From positions 101,750 through 165,749 of the forward strand of contig JAACJG010000007.1 in the NCBI GenBank assembly GCA_009917695.1: a stretch of 64,000 nt of DNA. Direction: 5' to 3'. The stretch is from Candidatus Rifleibacterium amylolyticum. Its GTDB lineage: Bacteria; Muiribacteriota; Ozemobacteria; Ozemobacterales; Ozemobacteraceae. A model generated the notes under the pieces. It was not told the origin of the DNA. It saw nothing but the letters and a program-made list of their open reading frames with translations, and ran no database searches. The position numbers were made by a program, and so were the translations under genes. Position 1 is the first letter of the stretch. Each line of letters starts with the position of its first letter. This document shows, in pieces, positions 42,931 through 51,647 of the stretch.

Positions 42931-44310
42931 TCAGCCTAAGCGGTCGCGGCCAAGCCGGCCAGTGGCGAGCAGATATGAAAGCCGTGCCTGGTGGTGAAAG
43001 AAAACCGCCTGTAGATATTGCAGACGGGTATTTGAGTAGGCAGTTTCGGCGTCGAACAGATCGACCTGAGTGAACAGACCGTTTTCGTATCGTACGTTAG
43101 CGAGTCGCATCGTTTCTTCAGCCTGTTTGAGGTTTTCTTTCTGGGCCGCCACGATTTCTTCCGAGCTTTTCAGTGTCAGATAAGCCTGGTGAATCTCAAG
43201 ATGCGCCTGTTCGACAGCATCGAGATATTCATTCTCGCTCTGCGATCTGACCGCGCGGGCTTCGCTGACTTTGCCGCGGCTGAAACCGGCATCCATGATC
43301 GGCAGATTGAGTGACAAGCCGGCCAACCAGTAAGATTTACGCTCGACTTTTCCCATGTCTGCATACGAAGAAGGATTCTCTGTGCCATATTGCGCAAACA
43401 GCGCAGCAGTGAGTTTTTTCTCGCCGCGGGCGGCTCTGATCTGCTCATCGGCGATCCTGCATTCACGCCTTTTTATCAGCAGATCTTCGCGTCTCTCTTC
43501 TGCCATGGCGACGTCTTCTTCGAGATTCGGGTCGATGCTTTCGACTTCGAGACGGCAGGCGGTATCAACGGTCATATCCAGTGACAGTGACAGCAGTTTG
43601 AGCAGATTGAGCCGTGCCAGTTCGGTATCGTTACAGTCCTTGATATAGGCGCTGCGATTCTGCGCCAGTCTTACTTCAGCCCTGAGCACTTCATACTTGG
43701 AAGTCTGCTCGGCTTCGTATCTTTTTTGGACAAGGTCGAAATGCGCCTGCGCGAGGTCGCGATCCATTTTACCGACGTCTTCGACTTCACGCGCATAGAG
43801 CCATGAGTAATAACTCAGGCTGGCAGCCATGATTATCTGCTGTTGAGTAAGAGTGTGGGCAGACTCGGCAATCAGCCTGCCAAGGCGCGCCGAGTTGACG
43901 GCGGCCCGGTCCTTTTCTCCAAGATAGACTGGCTGCGTGAGCTCGCCCCAGATCTTTTGTATGTCATTACGGCCCATTTCGATGGTCTGACCGCCAAAGT
44001 TAGCCGATGGCACGTCTTTGATCCTGGTCTGGGTCATGTTGCCCGAGAACTTCAGACCACCGATTGAACGCGCCTGATCAACCTGACCGCGCGCCTTTCT
44101 AATATTGAATTGAGAAGACTTAACCGCTCGGTTGTTCTGCAAAGCCAGTGCAACCACGTCGTCAAGACAGACATTTTGTAGATCGAGAGCTGGTGAGGCT
44201 GTCGCCACTGGTTTCAAATTTTCGTCGAGCTCAATAATGTCAAGAGAGTCTGCCGCAAGCGACATGCTCAGCCCCAGAAACAGAAATAAAGTCACGCATT
44301 TTCTCAGCAT
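42931..44310 (-). CDS. TolC-family outer-membrane efflux protein
   Basis: Start set at MLRKCVTLFLFLGLS (GGAGGAAAAT RBS). It has duplicated coiled-coil/beta repeats with the typical OEP pattern (ALQNNRAVKSSQFNIRKARGQVDQARS). Confidence 0.8.
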   Translation of the reverse strand: MLRKCVTLFLFLGLSMSLAADSLDIIELDENLKPVATASPALDLQNVCLDDVVALALQNNRAVKSSQFNIRKARGQVDQARSIGGLKFSGNMTQTRIKDVPSANFGGQTIEMGRNDIQKIWGELTQPVYLGEKDRAAVNSARLGRLIAESAHTLTQQQIIMAASLSYYSWLYAREVEDVGKMDRDLAQAHFDLVQKRYEAEQTSKYEVLRAEVRLAQNRSAYIKDCNDTELARLNLLKLLSLSLDMTVDTACRLEVESIDPNLEEDVAMAEERREDLLIKRRECRIADEQIRAARGEKKLTAALFAQYGTENPSSYADMGKVERKSYWLAGLSLNLPIMDAGFSRGKVSEARAVRSQSENEYLDAVEQAHLEIHQAYLTLKSSEEIVAAQKENLKQAEETMRLANVRYENGLFTQVDLFDAETAYSNTRLQYLQAVFFHHQARLSYLLATGRLGRDRLG

Positions 44311-44466
44311 ATTTTCCTCCATATATGCCCGGCAGTATAGCAGACTGTACCCTCTGCCGCAAAGAATTCGCAAACCGGCAAACACATCTGATTTTGAGGT
44401 TTGAAGAGCTGGAGAAAGATGTTATACTTGGCCAGCAGACCGATTCAATGCACGTAGGATACAGCA

Positions 44467-45033
44467 ATGCGAGAACTCTGGCAGATTTTTCTGTCTTTTT
44501 TCAGAATAGGAATGTTCACTCTCGGCGGCGGTTACGCCATGCTGCCGCTGATTCAGTGTGAAGTCGTCGAGAAACGCCAGTGGGTAGACAACCGTGAATT
44601 CATCGAACTGCTGGCGCTGGCGCAGACCGCGCCCGGCCCGATGGCAATCAATGCGGCCGTTTTTGTCGGTTACAAACACCGCGGCATCGCCGGCAGTCTT
44701 GCCGCCTGCCTCGGCATGACACTGCCGTCATTTCTCATTATTCTCATCATCGCCATGTATCTTGTCGGCTTTCGTGAGAACCATTATGTCGAATGTTTTT
44801 TCAAGGGAGTGCGGCCAGCGGTCGTAGCGCTAATCGCTGCGCCACTTTACGCACTTGGCAAAGCCATCAAAATCAGATGGTGGGGCGTTCCGCTAACTGC
44901 GTTGATTGCAGCAGCAATAGCGTTTGCCGGAATTTCACCGGCAATATTGGTGGTAGCCGCCTCACTTATCGGTCTTTTCGGCGGTATGCTGCAAAAGAAA
45001 CGTGGAGAAAAACCAGATGCAACTGTATCTTGA
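44467..45033 (+). CDS. chrA: Chromate transporter family protein (short ChrA, N-type half)
   Basis: Contains FFRIGMFTLGGGYAMLPLIQCEVVEKRQWV. Confidence 0.8.
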   Translation: MRELWQIFLSFFRIGMFTLGGGYAMLPLIQCEVVEKRQWVDNREFIELLALAQTAPGPMAINAAVFVGYKHRGIAGSLAACLGMTLPSFLIILIIAMYLVGFRENHYVECFFKGVRPAVVALIAAPLYALGKAIKIRWWGVPLTALIAAAIAFAGISPAILVVAASLIGLFGGMLQKKRGEKPDATVS

Positions 45034-45547
45034 GCTGTTCTTCAGCTTCTTTAAAATTGGCCTGTTCGGCTTTGGCGGCGGCTATGCCATGCTGCCGCTG
45101 ATTCAGCATGAAGTTGTCGGAGCGCACCATCAGTGGCTGAACATGGTAGACTTTACTGACATAGTGGCCATCTCGCAGATAACTCCAGGGCCGGTAGCCA
45201 TAAACATGGCCACCTACGTCGGCTATACGGTAAGTGGTAACATCTGGGGCTCTATGCTGGCAACACTCGGAGTAACCCTGCCGCCACTGCTGATCATGCT
45301 CATTATATCAAGATTCTATCTGAAGTTTCGCAAGAACCAGTATGTTGAGATGGCATTTTCGACGCTGCGACCTGGGATTCTCGGTTTGATTGCAGCGGCC
45401 GCCATCTCGCTGGTAAATTCCTACAACTTTATCGACAAAACCAGTGGCCTCATCTTCGCAACGGTCTTCGTCGCCTGCCTTTACCGCATTCACCCGATGA
45501 AACTTATCATCGCCTCCGGCCTCGCCGGCCTGATAATCTACCGTTGA
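45017..45547 (+). CDS. chrA: Chromate transporter family protein (short ChrA, second half)
   Basis: Contains FFKIGLFGFGGGYAMLPLIQHEVV. The start is probably MQLYLE at 45017; the track start is 45002. Confidence 0.8.
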   Translation: MQLYLELFFSFFKIGLFGFGGGYAMLPLIQHEVVGAHHQWLNMVDFTDIVAISQITPGPVAINMATYVGYTVSGNIWGSMLATLGVTLPPLLIMLIISRFYLKFRKNQYVEMAFSTLRPGILGLIAAAAISLVNSYNFIDKTSGLIFATVFVACLYRIHPMKLIIASGLAGLIIYR

Positions 45548-45598
45548 TCGGCAAAGCCCTCTACAGAAAAAAAGTTTTCAGAACCAATAAATTTTGTG

Positions 45599-45638
45599 CC
45601 TGGAGTGGCAGTTTTGCAGGCAAAATTACCACTCCAGG
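45599..45638. terminator. Long hairpin between convergent genes (bidirectional terminator candidate)
   Basis: Outer stem cctggagtgg/ccactccagg (10 bp) plus inner stem ttttgc/gcaaaa. T-rich sequence follows. Confidence 0.6.
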
Positions 45639-45673
45639 GATTTTAAGTTATTTTCGCCGAAAGCAGGGATAGA

Positions 45674-46174
45674 TTACTTCTTTTCTCTGGCTTTGCCTTT
45701 TTCTGTGGGCTCGCCATGTAATTTGCCATCGCCGGTTTTGCTGACACCGGGGATTTCATCGACTTTGATCGCGGGCATCGGGTATTTATCGGTAGCCGGC
45801 ATCAGGCCGCCTTTAACGGTAACCGTCTGCCCGGCCATCTTTTCGAGTTCAGCGAAGGCTGCTTTGTCATAGCCAGGGAGCAGCTTGTATTCTTTGTCGC
45901 CGCAAACAAGAATAATAGTGGCATATTTCTGCTTTTTGGAGGCGTCAGCCGGAATTACCTTGATAACACCAGTGTTTTCGACCTGTTCGAGCTTGCCCTT
46001 ACCTTTGAAGTCCTTCTTTTCTTCTTTAGCTGGAACCGGGGCGGCAGCAGCATCGCCAGCTTCTTCACTTATCGCAGTGCCGCTGTCAGCAGCAGGTGCA
46101 TCCTGTGCCATAAGAGCAGAAGAGAGACCAAGAACGAGCAGAAGTGCCAGATAATAAACACAATACTTTTTCAT
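45674..46174 (-). CDS. Secreted hypothetical protein (Lys-rich)
   Basis: Start at MKKYCVYYLALLLVLGLSSALMAQ with a GGAGGAAAC RBS. I recognise no motif. Confidence 0.5.
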   Translation of the reverse strand: MKKYCVYYLALLLVLGLSSALMAQDAPAADSGTAISEEAGDAAAAPVPAKEEKKDFKGKGKLEQVENTGVIKVIPADASKKQKYATIILVCGDKEYKLLPGYDKAAFAELEKMAGQTVTVKGGLMPATDKYPMPAIKVDEIPGVSKTGDGKLHGEPTEKGKAREKK

Positions 46175-46313
46175 CAGAATGTTTCCTCCAGTTAACTTGA
46201 AACAAATCTGCCGCCCCATGAGGAGCGGCTTACCTACAAAACAGATTATACACCTTGTCAGTCGTTACAACAAACAAAACAACAGGCAATTCAGGCTGAG
46301 AAACCAGGCATGG

Positions 46314-46338
46314 ATCCTGCGACTTCGCGCAGGATGAC
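46314..46338 (+). repeat. Hairpin element family 2, copy 3
   Basis: Sequence atcctgcgacttcgcgcaggatgac. Confidence 0.65.
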
Positions 46339-46404
46339 GACGACCGGCGCTCGCCGAAGCCTAAAAAAGAGAATGAGCGTAGGCATGCTCACCCCCAATA
46401 AAAG

Positions 46405-46465
46405 AAATCTGTGGGAATCGGTGTAATTTGCGGTTTCTGTTCTTTCGCGAAAGAATTGCGAAGCA
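46405..46465 (+). repeat. Mosaic repeat family 3, forward degenerate copy
   Basis: Sequence aaatctgtgggaatcggtgtaatttgcggtttctgttctttcgcgaaagaattgcgaagc. Confidence 0.55.
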
Positions 46466-46508
46466 TCAGATTTGCTATTGTGTGGTGAGGTGCATTACAC
46501 TCAGAAGG

Positions 46509-48842
46509 ATGGAAATTACCAAAGAGAGATTTCTCGGGCTGGTCGCTGCCATGCTGGCTATTGCGGGTTTTCTGGCATGGTGGATTCCTGACGCATCCGG
46601 TAAGGATATGGCGACCGCAGATGTCGTTTATCTCATCCTGACTTTTGCCGTGGTGACAATGTGCATTCGCATCGAAGCATTTACCGCCGCTATTGCCGTT
46701 GTTTATGGCAGTTCGCTGCTGTTCTGTTTCTTTTATCTATTCATCGCTCCGTTTGAAGCACCGGTGATGTTGGCGCTGTTCTTCATGCCGGCGGTGCTAT
46801 GGCAGAAACGGCGCATTGGCTGCCTGCATCTCGGTATAATCAGCGCAGCTCTGGTCTGGTTGAGCTGGAGCATTCTCGGACGCCCGGCAATACTGGTTTT
46901 ATTGCTGCCAACCTGTCAGATTCTGGCAATCAGGCTCAGCAATACAGTACAGACCAGATACAGCCGCGACAGTAACGAGGTCAAGCTTCAGTTAAGTTCT
47001 TCTCAAAAAGAACAGATGCGACAGAACCGGGAAAAACCCGACGACTGGTGGGATATGATCAAACCAGAAATCGAAGCGTTCCCCGATCGTATCATGGAAA
47101 TGTGGCAAGAGTTCTCTGGTGAAGCACCACGCCGGCACCTCGGCAGCGACAGCGTTCTCGATCTCGAACTGCTGCAGATGCAGAATGCCCGCGTAATGTC
47201 ACAGGCTCTTACCGACATAAAGAGGCGCGACGCTTATTTTGCCGCTGATGCCTTTATCAAGCGCGTCGAAAAACTGTTCTGGAAGTTGCAGAATGCCTGG
47301 TATGACCAGAAGCTCGAGACCATTCAGGCCGTTGTTTCAGACGCTCTTTACGAACAGCTTAGATGCCAGGTAGACAACCAGAAAGCGATGGGTCTGCGCT
47401 ACCGGCACAGCAAAATGACGGTTTATGACCTGCGCATCGCCCAGGTAAACTGCGACAATAACTTTGACGTCATTCATGTTTTTATTCGCGCCTCTTCGGC
47501 CGATTCGGCGATAGATCTCAAAACCGGCGAAACCCTGGCATCCAACGAAGAGAGCCGCAAATTCTCGGAATACTGGACCCTGATCAGACGCCCATCGGCA
47601 AAGACCCTGCAAAAACCCGGCCTGGTCGAAGGCTCTTGTCCGAACTGCAGCGCACCGATTCAGATCGGGCAGGCGACTGTCTGCAGCACCTGTGGTTCTT
47701 ACATCAGATCTGGCTATTACGACTGGGTTCTGGCAAAAATTACCCAGGCCTGCGAATGGGAATACAGCGAGCCCGGCCTGATCCCTGACTGGAACACCAT
47801 GAAGACCATCGACATTGATTTCAACATTCAGCAGATCGAAGACCGGTCCGGCGTGATTTTCTGGATGACAAGACTGAGCGAACGCAGCCAGTCGGCTGAA
47901 CCTATGCAGAGATTTGCTACCGAAGCTTTTTGTGAGCATTACCAGGTGCAGAGCATTGAGCGTGGCTACAGCTACATGGAAAGCGTCACACTTGGATCGG
48001 TATCTCTAAAAGGCTTCAGAATTACGAAACACTGGGACAGTATTTTTGTTCTGGTGATCTGGAGTGGAGTTCCGGTTACTGTCGATAAACACGGCCGCAT
48101 CATAGACAAGCGCAGAATGAGCCAGGTCAGCCGCGAAATATACATTCTCGGCCGGCGGCATGGCGTTAAAACCAACCAGAACAACACCTTGAGCAGCGCT
48201 CATTGCCCGGGTTGCGGTGGACCGCTGAGTTCGACATATGCCGTCTCATGCAATTACTGCAATACGGTTCTCAATGAAGGCAGCAACAGCTGGATTCTCG
48301 AAAGAATTACCAGCGAAAGCGATCCGACCTATCAGGAAGTGGTCGCGAAAAAAACCACGGTAGAAAAAGACTTTGAGGAAGACGGTGCAACAAGGTCAGC
48401 GCGCGACATAGTTACCATAATGGCTCAGATTCTGCTGGCAGACGGCAAGACCGAGCCAGACGAAATGAAACTACTCAACAAGATCGCCCAGTGTTATGAC
48501 ATCTCGGAAATCCAGGTACTGGCTATCATCAACTCGCTGAAGGCCGGGCTCGTTTATATACCCGCCCCGGCTGACAATCGCGAGTCGTGGGCTCTACTGC
48601 TGGCAGCCGCCAGGATGGCGCTTTCTGACGGCAAGCTTTCGCCGATCGAAGAACGCGAGCTGACTTTGCTGGCACAGCACATCGGTTACTCTCCTGCCGA
48701 TGTTGCAAGGGCGATCAAGGCCGAAGAAAAGCGGAGATTCGAGGAAATGCGCGAAGAAAAACATCGGATTGCCCGCGAAAAATTACAGGAAGAACTGCTT
48801 AAAAACAAAGAAAACGAGCCCGAACCCGACGACGAAGGTTAA
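46509..48842 (+). CDS. Membrane protein with Tim44-like domain(s), two zinc-ribbon motifs and C-terminal TerB-like tandem domain
   Basis: Start set at MEITKERFLG.
- About 5 N-terminal TM segments.
- A Tim44-like segment: DAFIKRVEKLFWKLQNAWYDQKLETIQAVVSDALYEQL.
- Two zinc ribbons: CPNCSAPIQIGQATVCSTCG and CPGCGGPLSSTYAVSCNYCN.
- A TerB-like segment: IVTIMAQILLADGKTEPDEMKLLNKIA. Confidence 0.6.
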   Translation: MEITKERFLGLVAAMLAIAGFLAWWIPDASGKDMATADVVYLILTFAVVTMCIRIEAFTAAIAVVYGSSLLFCFFYLFIAPFEAPVMLALFFMPAVLWQKRRIGCLHLGIISAALVWLSWSILGRPAILVLLLPTCQILAIRLSNTVQTRYSRDSNEVKLQLSSSQKEQMRQNREKPDDWWDMIKPEIEAFPDRIMEMWQEFSGEAPRRHLGSDSVLDLELLQMQNARVMSQALTDIKRRDAYFAADAFIKRVEKLFWKLQNAWYDQKLETIQAVVSDALYEQLRCQVDNQKAMGLRYRHSKMTVYDLRIAQVNCDNNFDVIHVFIRASSADSAIDLKTGETLASNEESRKFSEYWTLIRRPSAKTLQKPGLVEGSCPNCSAPIQIGQATVCSTCGSYIRSGYYDWVLAKITQACEWEYSEPGLIPDWNTMKTIDIDFNIQQIEDRSGVIFWMTRLSERSQSAEPMQRFATEAFCEHYQVQSIERGYSYMESVTLGSVSLKGFRITKHWDSIFVLVIWSGVPVTVDKHGRIIDKRRMSQVSREIYILGRRHGVKTNQNNTLSSAHCPGCGGPLSSTYAVSCNYCNTVLNEGSNSWILERITSESDPTYQEVVAKKTTVEKDFEEDGATRSARDIVTIMAQILLADGKTEPDEMKLLNKIAQCYDISEIQVLAIINSLKAGLVYIPAPADNRESWALLLAAARMALSDGKLSPIEERELTLLAQHIGYSPADVARAIKAEEKRRFEEMREEKHRIAREKLQEELLKNKENEPEPDDEG

Positions 48843-48873
48843 CCCTTAGTCACATAAGAGCGCATAGATTGAG

Positions 48874-48976
48874 GTCATTGCGAGGAGCGTAGCGACGAAG
48901 CGGTATGCCGCAGGCATAAGCCAGCTCTGAGCTAATCCTTCTGTCTGTAAGATTGCTTCGCTTCGCTCGCAATGAC
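48874..48976. repeat. Hairpin element family 1, copy 3 (with ~48-nt internal insertion)
   Basis: Sequence gtcattgcgaggagcgtagcgacgaagc...agattgcttcgcttcgctcgcaatgac, followed by the conserved flank ataacaccaagattcaatg. Confidence 0.75.
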
Positions 48977-49008
48977 GGATAACACCAAGATTCAATGTTG
49001 ACAAAGCA

Positions 49009-49404
49009 CTAGTAATCCCGGCTGCGACCGGATTTTTTTGAGGGGCGGCGGTAACCGCATTTGCAGATACCTTTGGGGTTCATAACCCTGGCGCACTCGG
49101 GGCAGAACTTGCTCATCTTTTCTTCGATACGGCTTTCGAGTTCTTTCTTTTTCTTCTGTTCCTCAAGCTTTTTTGCCAGGGCCAGAAACTCGGCACTCTC
49201 TGCCGCGCTCGGCGTCGATTCGTTGAGTTCCTGAAACTTCTCGGCGTAATCGGGATTTTCTTCGAGATAGGCAGCAAAAGCCTGTTTTACATTGAGGTTT
49301 TTGCGCCAGAGATGCTCGTAGGGGTAAAAAGGTTCTTCTTCGAGCTGCTCTTCACACAGGGCAATGAATTTTTCTTCCCAGCTGTCGTATGGTTCCCGTT
49401 TCAT
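49009..49404 (-). CDS. Hypothetical acidic protein with C-terminal zinc-ribbon (CPEC...CKC)
   Basis: Start at MKREPYDS with a GGGAGA RBS. The track gives a TTG at 49428. The C-terminus reads KFCPECARVMNPKGICKCGYRRP. Confidence 0.4.
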   Translation of the reverse strand: MKREPYDSWEEKFIALCEEQLEEEPFYPYEHLWRKNLNVKQAFAAYLEENPDYAEKFQELNESTPSAAESAEFLALAKKLEEQKKKKELESRIEEKMSKFCPECARVMNPKGICKCGYRRPSKKSGRSRDY

Positions 49405-49430
49405 GTGATCTCCCATTGGTACAAACAATT

Positions 49431-49910
49431 TTACAGAGAATCAAAAAGATCTTTGCCCGGAAAAATCTTTTTCTCAAGGTCCTGCAGACAGCGCAGATGA
49501 TTGTCAAAACCCTCTGCGAAAAGAGCGAGCAAATGCTTGTATTCAGGAACTTCGGTTACCAGAGCACGTTCAGCCGAACGTTCACACATGCTCTGTTCGA
49601 AACTGCGCAGGGCGGTCAGAGCATACCGGGAAGAACAGCTTCCTGATCTGACTTCTGCCAGCGTATTTTTGAGTTGATCATGTATCAATCGGAGGGTCTG
49701 CAGGCTGACTTTGCCGGGACTCCATTCTTCAGGCTTTTCGGCGATTTCTTCGATCAGACTGTCGATAATTGCAGCATGTCCCTCTTCTTCAAGCGCGAGA
49801 GCTTCAAATTCGCGAGAGTAATCAGGAAACAGTTTTTTACAAACCCGATACAATTCAGCAACAAGCAGCTCATTCTGCTTCAATACCACAGCAATATTGG
49901 CTAATTCCAT
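49431..49910 (-). CDS. Hypothetical helical, ferritin-like protein
   Basis: 159-aa ORF that looks all-helical, with one ExxH (EEGH) motif. The family assignment is weak. Confidence 0.4.
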   Translation of the reverse strand: MELANIAVVLKQNELLVAELYRVCKKLFPDYSREFEALALEEEGHAAIIDSLIEEIAEKPEEWSPGKVSLQTLRLIHDQLKNTLAEVRSGSCSSRYALTALRSFEQSMCERSAERALVTEVPEYKHLLALFAEGFDNHLRCLQDLEKKIFPGKDLFDSL

Positions 49911-49993
49911 TCGACCTCCAGAGTGACAGATAGAATTATAACCGAACCCGACAGATTTGCCAAAAAATCAGCTTAAAACGCTCTGAATCGGTT

Positions 49994-50022
49994 TTGACAA
50001 GATTTATCCCCGGGCGGATAAT
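49994..50022 (+). promoter_or_regulatory. Near-consensus sigma70 promoter upstream of the ykgJ-like gene
   Basis: TTGACA (49994-49999), an exact 17-nt spacer, then GATAAT (50017-50022). Confidence 0.55.
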
Positions 50023-50077
50023 ACCTGCCTGAATTAGACGTCAAATCTGCTGATAATGGTAATTTTAACACAAATCG

Positions 50078-50656
50078 ATGCTGTCGCTATACCATAGAAT
50101 ACAAAAAATTGAATCGTTACAGAAAGCTGCCGACAAAGAGGTTAAGCTGTGCAAAAGCCATACTGGCCTTGCCTGTCTGCAGCACTGCGCCAGATGCTGC
50201 AGCTATGAAGACATAACCGCTTCGCCCGCCGAGTTTTTACCTTTTGCCTGGCACGCCTGGCGGGTCGGACTGCTCGATCAGTGGTTCGACGAGCTTGACC
50301 GCCATGACAGCAGAATCTGCCTGTTTGCGCGTTTCAGTGAAGGGGAATGGGGCTGCCGCATATACCCTTCGCGCGGCATGATCTGCCGGCTGTTCGGATT
50401 TGCTGCGACCACTGACAAAAACGGCCGACCGCTTTTTGCCGCCTGCAAGCCGTTGAAACAAAACAACCCGCAGCTGATACAGAATGTCGCGGAATATCTG
50501 GCGCAGGGCGGCAAAATGCCAATAATTGTCAATCATTACCGCAAACTCAGCGCCATCGAGCCAGGTCTCGGCAACGAAATGCTTCCGATCAACCAGGCCA
50601 TAAAAAAGGCGCTTGAAGTGATCTACTTTCATTTCGCCTACCGCGAATGCGCCTGA
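50078..50656 (+). CDS. YkgJ-family (UPF0153) cysteine-cluster protein
   Basis: Contains CLQHCARCCSYED (CxxxCxxCC) plus the distal motifs CLFARF...WGCRIY...MICRLF typical of YkgJ. Confidence 0.55.
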   Translation: MLSLYHRIQKIESLQKAADKEVKLCKSHTGLACLQHCARCCSYEDITASPAEFLPFAWHAWRVGLLDQWFDELDRHDSRICLFARFSEGEWGCRIYPSRGMICRLFGFAATTDKNGRPLFAACKPLKQNNPQLIQNVAEYLAQGGKMPIIVNHYRKLSAIEPGLGNEMLPINQAIKKALEVIYFHFAYRECA

Positions 50657-50664
50657 GGAATTGA

Positions 50665-51213
50665 TTAGATCGGGTCGAGGATGTTTTTGCAGATTATCAG
50701 CCGCTTCATGCTGAACTTTTCTTCTGTGCCGAATTTTTCGGGCGCCTTCAACGAAAGCTCTACCCACATGCCGACTTTCTGCTGAGCGGTTGCCGGATCA
50801 GGCAAGGTAACATGCTGGAATTTAAGCCCGACTTCCAGCCCACGACAGTAAATATATTTATGCTGTTTGCCGGCCACATCCACTGTGCGCTCGATGCCAT
50901 TGTCAAGCAGGTTGTACATGATGATACCCTTGTCGGAAGAATCATCGATAAGTATCTCCCAGCGAGCATCCTTGTCTGAAGAGCCGGCAGAAGGGTCTTT
51001 GATCAGCGACGCCCGCAGCAGATCGTACTCTATCTGCGAAAGCAGTATTGCGGCACCTTCCATGATGGTAAGATGCGCCATGCCTTTATTTGAGCCGCGC
51101 AGCCCAACACTGAAAATATTAAAAACAGCGACAAATATAATACTGACGATTATCAGGCCAATCGCCAGTTCAGCCAGGGTTATACCTCTTCGCGCTGTCT
51201 TTATAATGTTCAT
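50665..51213 (-). CDS. Prepilin-type N-terminal cleavage/methylation domain protein (pseudopilin-like)
   Basis: The N-terminus reads RRG|ITLAELAIGLIIVSIIFVAVF. It has Gly at -1, Glu at +5 and a hydrophobic helix. It has a 4-nt overlap with the upstream gene. Confidence 0.65.
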   Translation of the reverse strand: MNIIKTARRGITLAELAIGLIIVSIIFVAVFNIFSVGLRGSNKGMAHLTIMEGAAILLSQIEYDLLRASLIKDPSAGSSDKDARWEILIDDSSDKGIIMYNLLDNGIERTVDVAGKQHKYIYCRGLEVGLKFQHVTLPDPATAQQKVGMWVELSLKAPEKFGTEEKFSMKRLIICKNILDPI

Positions 51214-51647
51214 CTTGATATCAGTCCTGCCAGTTTTACATTACGATTGAGACCGTTAGCCTCCTGCCAGCGCACAACCACAGTAACGATCTTATAAGCG
51301 TGCTTCCAGGCGGGTGGTTTGACTTCGCTGATGGCGACAGTGCGACGAAACTGATCTTCCGGCATACCCAGATCGAAGCGATTATTGCCAAGCACAGCCT
51401 CAAACGAACCAGTGTCACGCGGCGGGCTGACTTTGAGAAATTCATGATCGTAGGGAAGGAAAAAAGCGTATGACATGATGTTTGATGCGTGCTGCTGCGC
51501 CAGAATTTCGTTGCGATTGCGCGAAACCCCGGTTGTTCCCTGACCAAGCATCTTGAAGACAGGCACGAGAAGTATGCTCAGACAGGCTACCGCAAAAAGA
51601 ATCTCGACAAAAGAAAAGCCATGGTCTTGTTTAATCTGGTTTGTCAT
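51210..51647 (-). CDS. Prepilin-type N-terminal cleavage/methylation domain protein (GspI/PilV-like minor pseudopilin)
   Basis: The N-terminus reads DHG|FSFVEILFAVACLSILLVPVF. It has Gly at -1, Phe at +1 and Glu at +5. It has an ATGA overlap with the upstream gene. Confidence 0.7.
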   Translation of the reverse strand: MTNQIKQDHGFSFVEILFAVACLSILLVPVFKMLGQGTTGVSRNRNEILAQQHASNIMSYAFFLPYDHEFLKVSPPRDTGSFEAVLGNNRFDLGMPEDQFRRTVAISEVKPPAWKHAYKIVTVVVRWQEANGLNRNVKLAGLISR

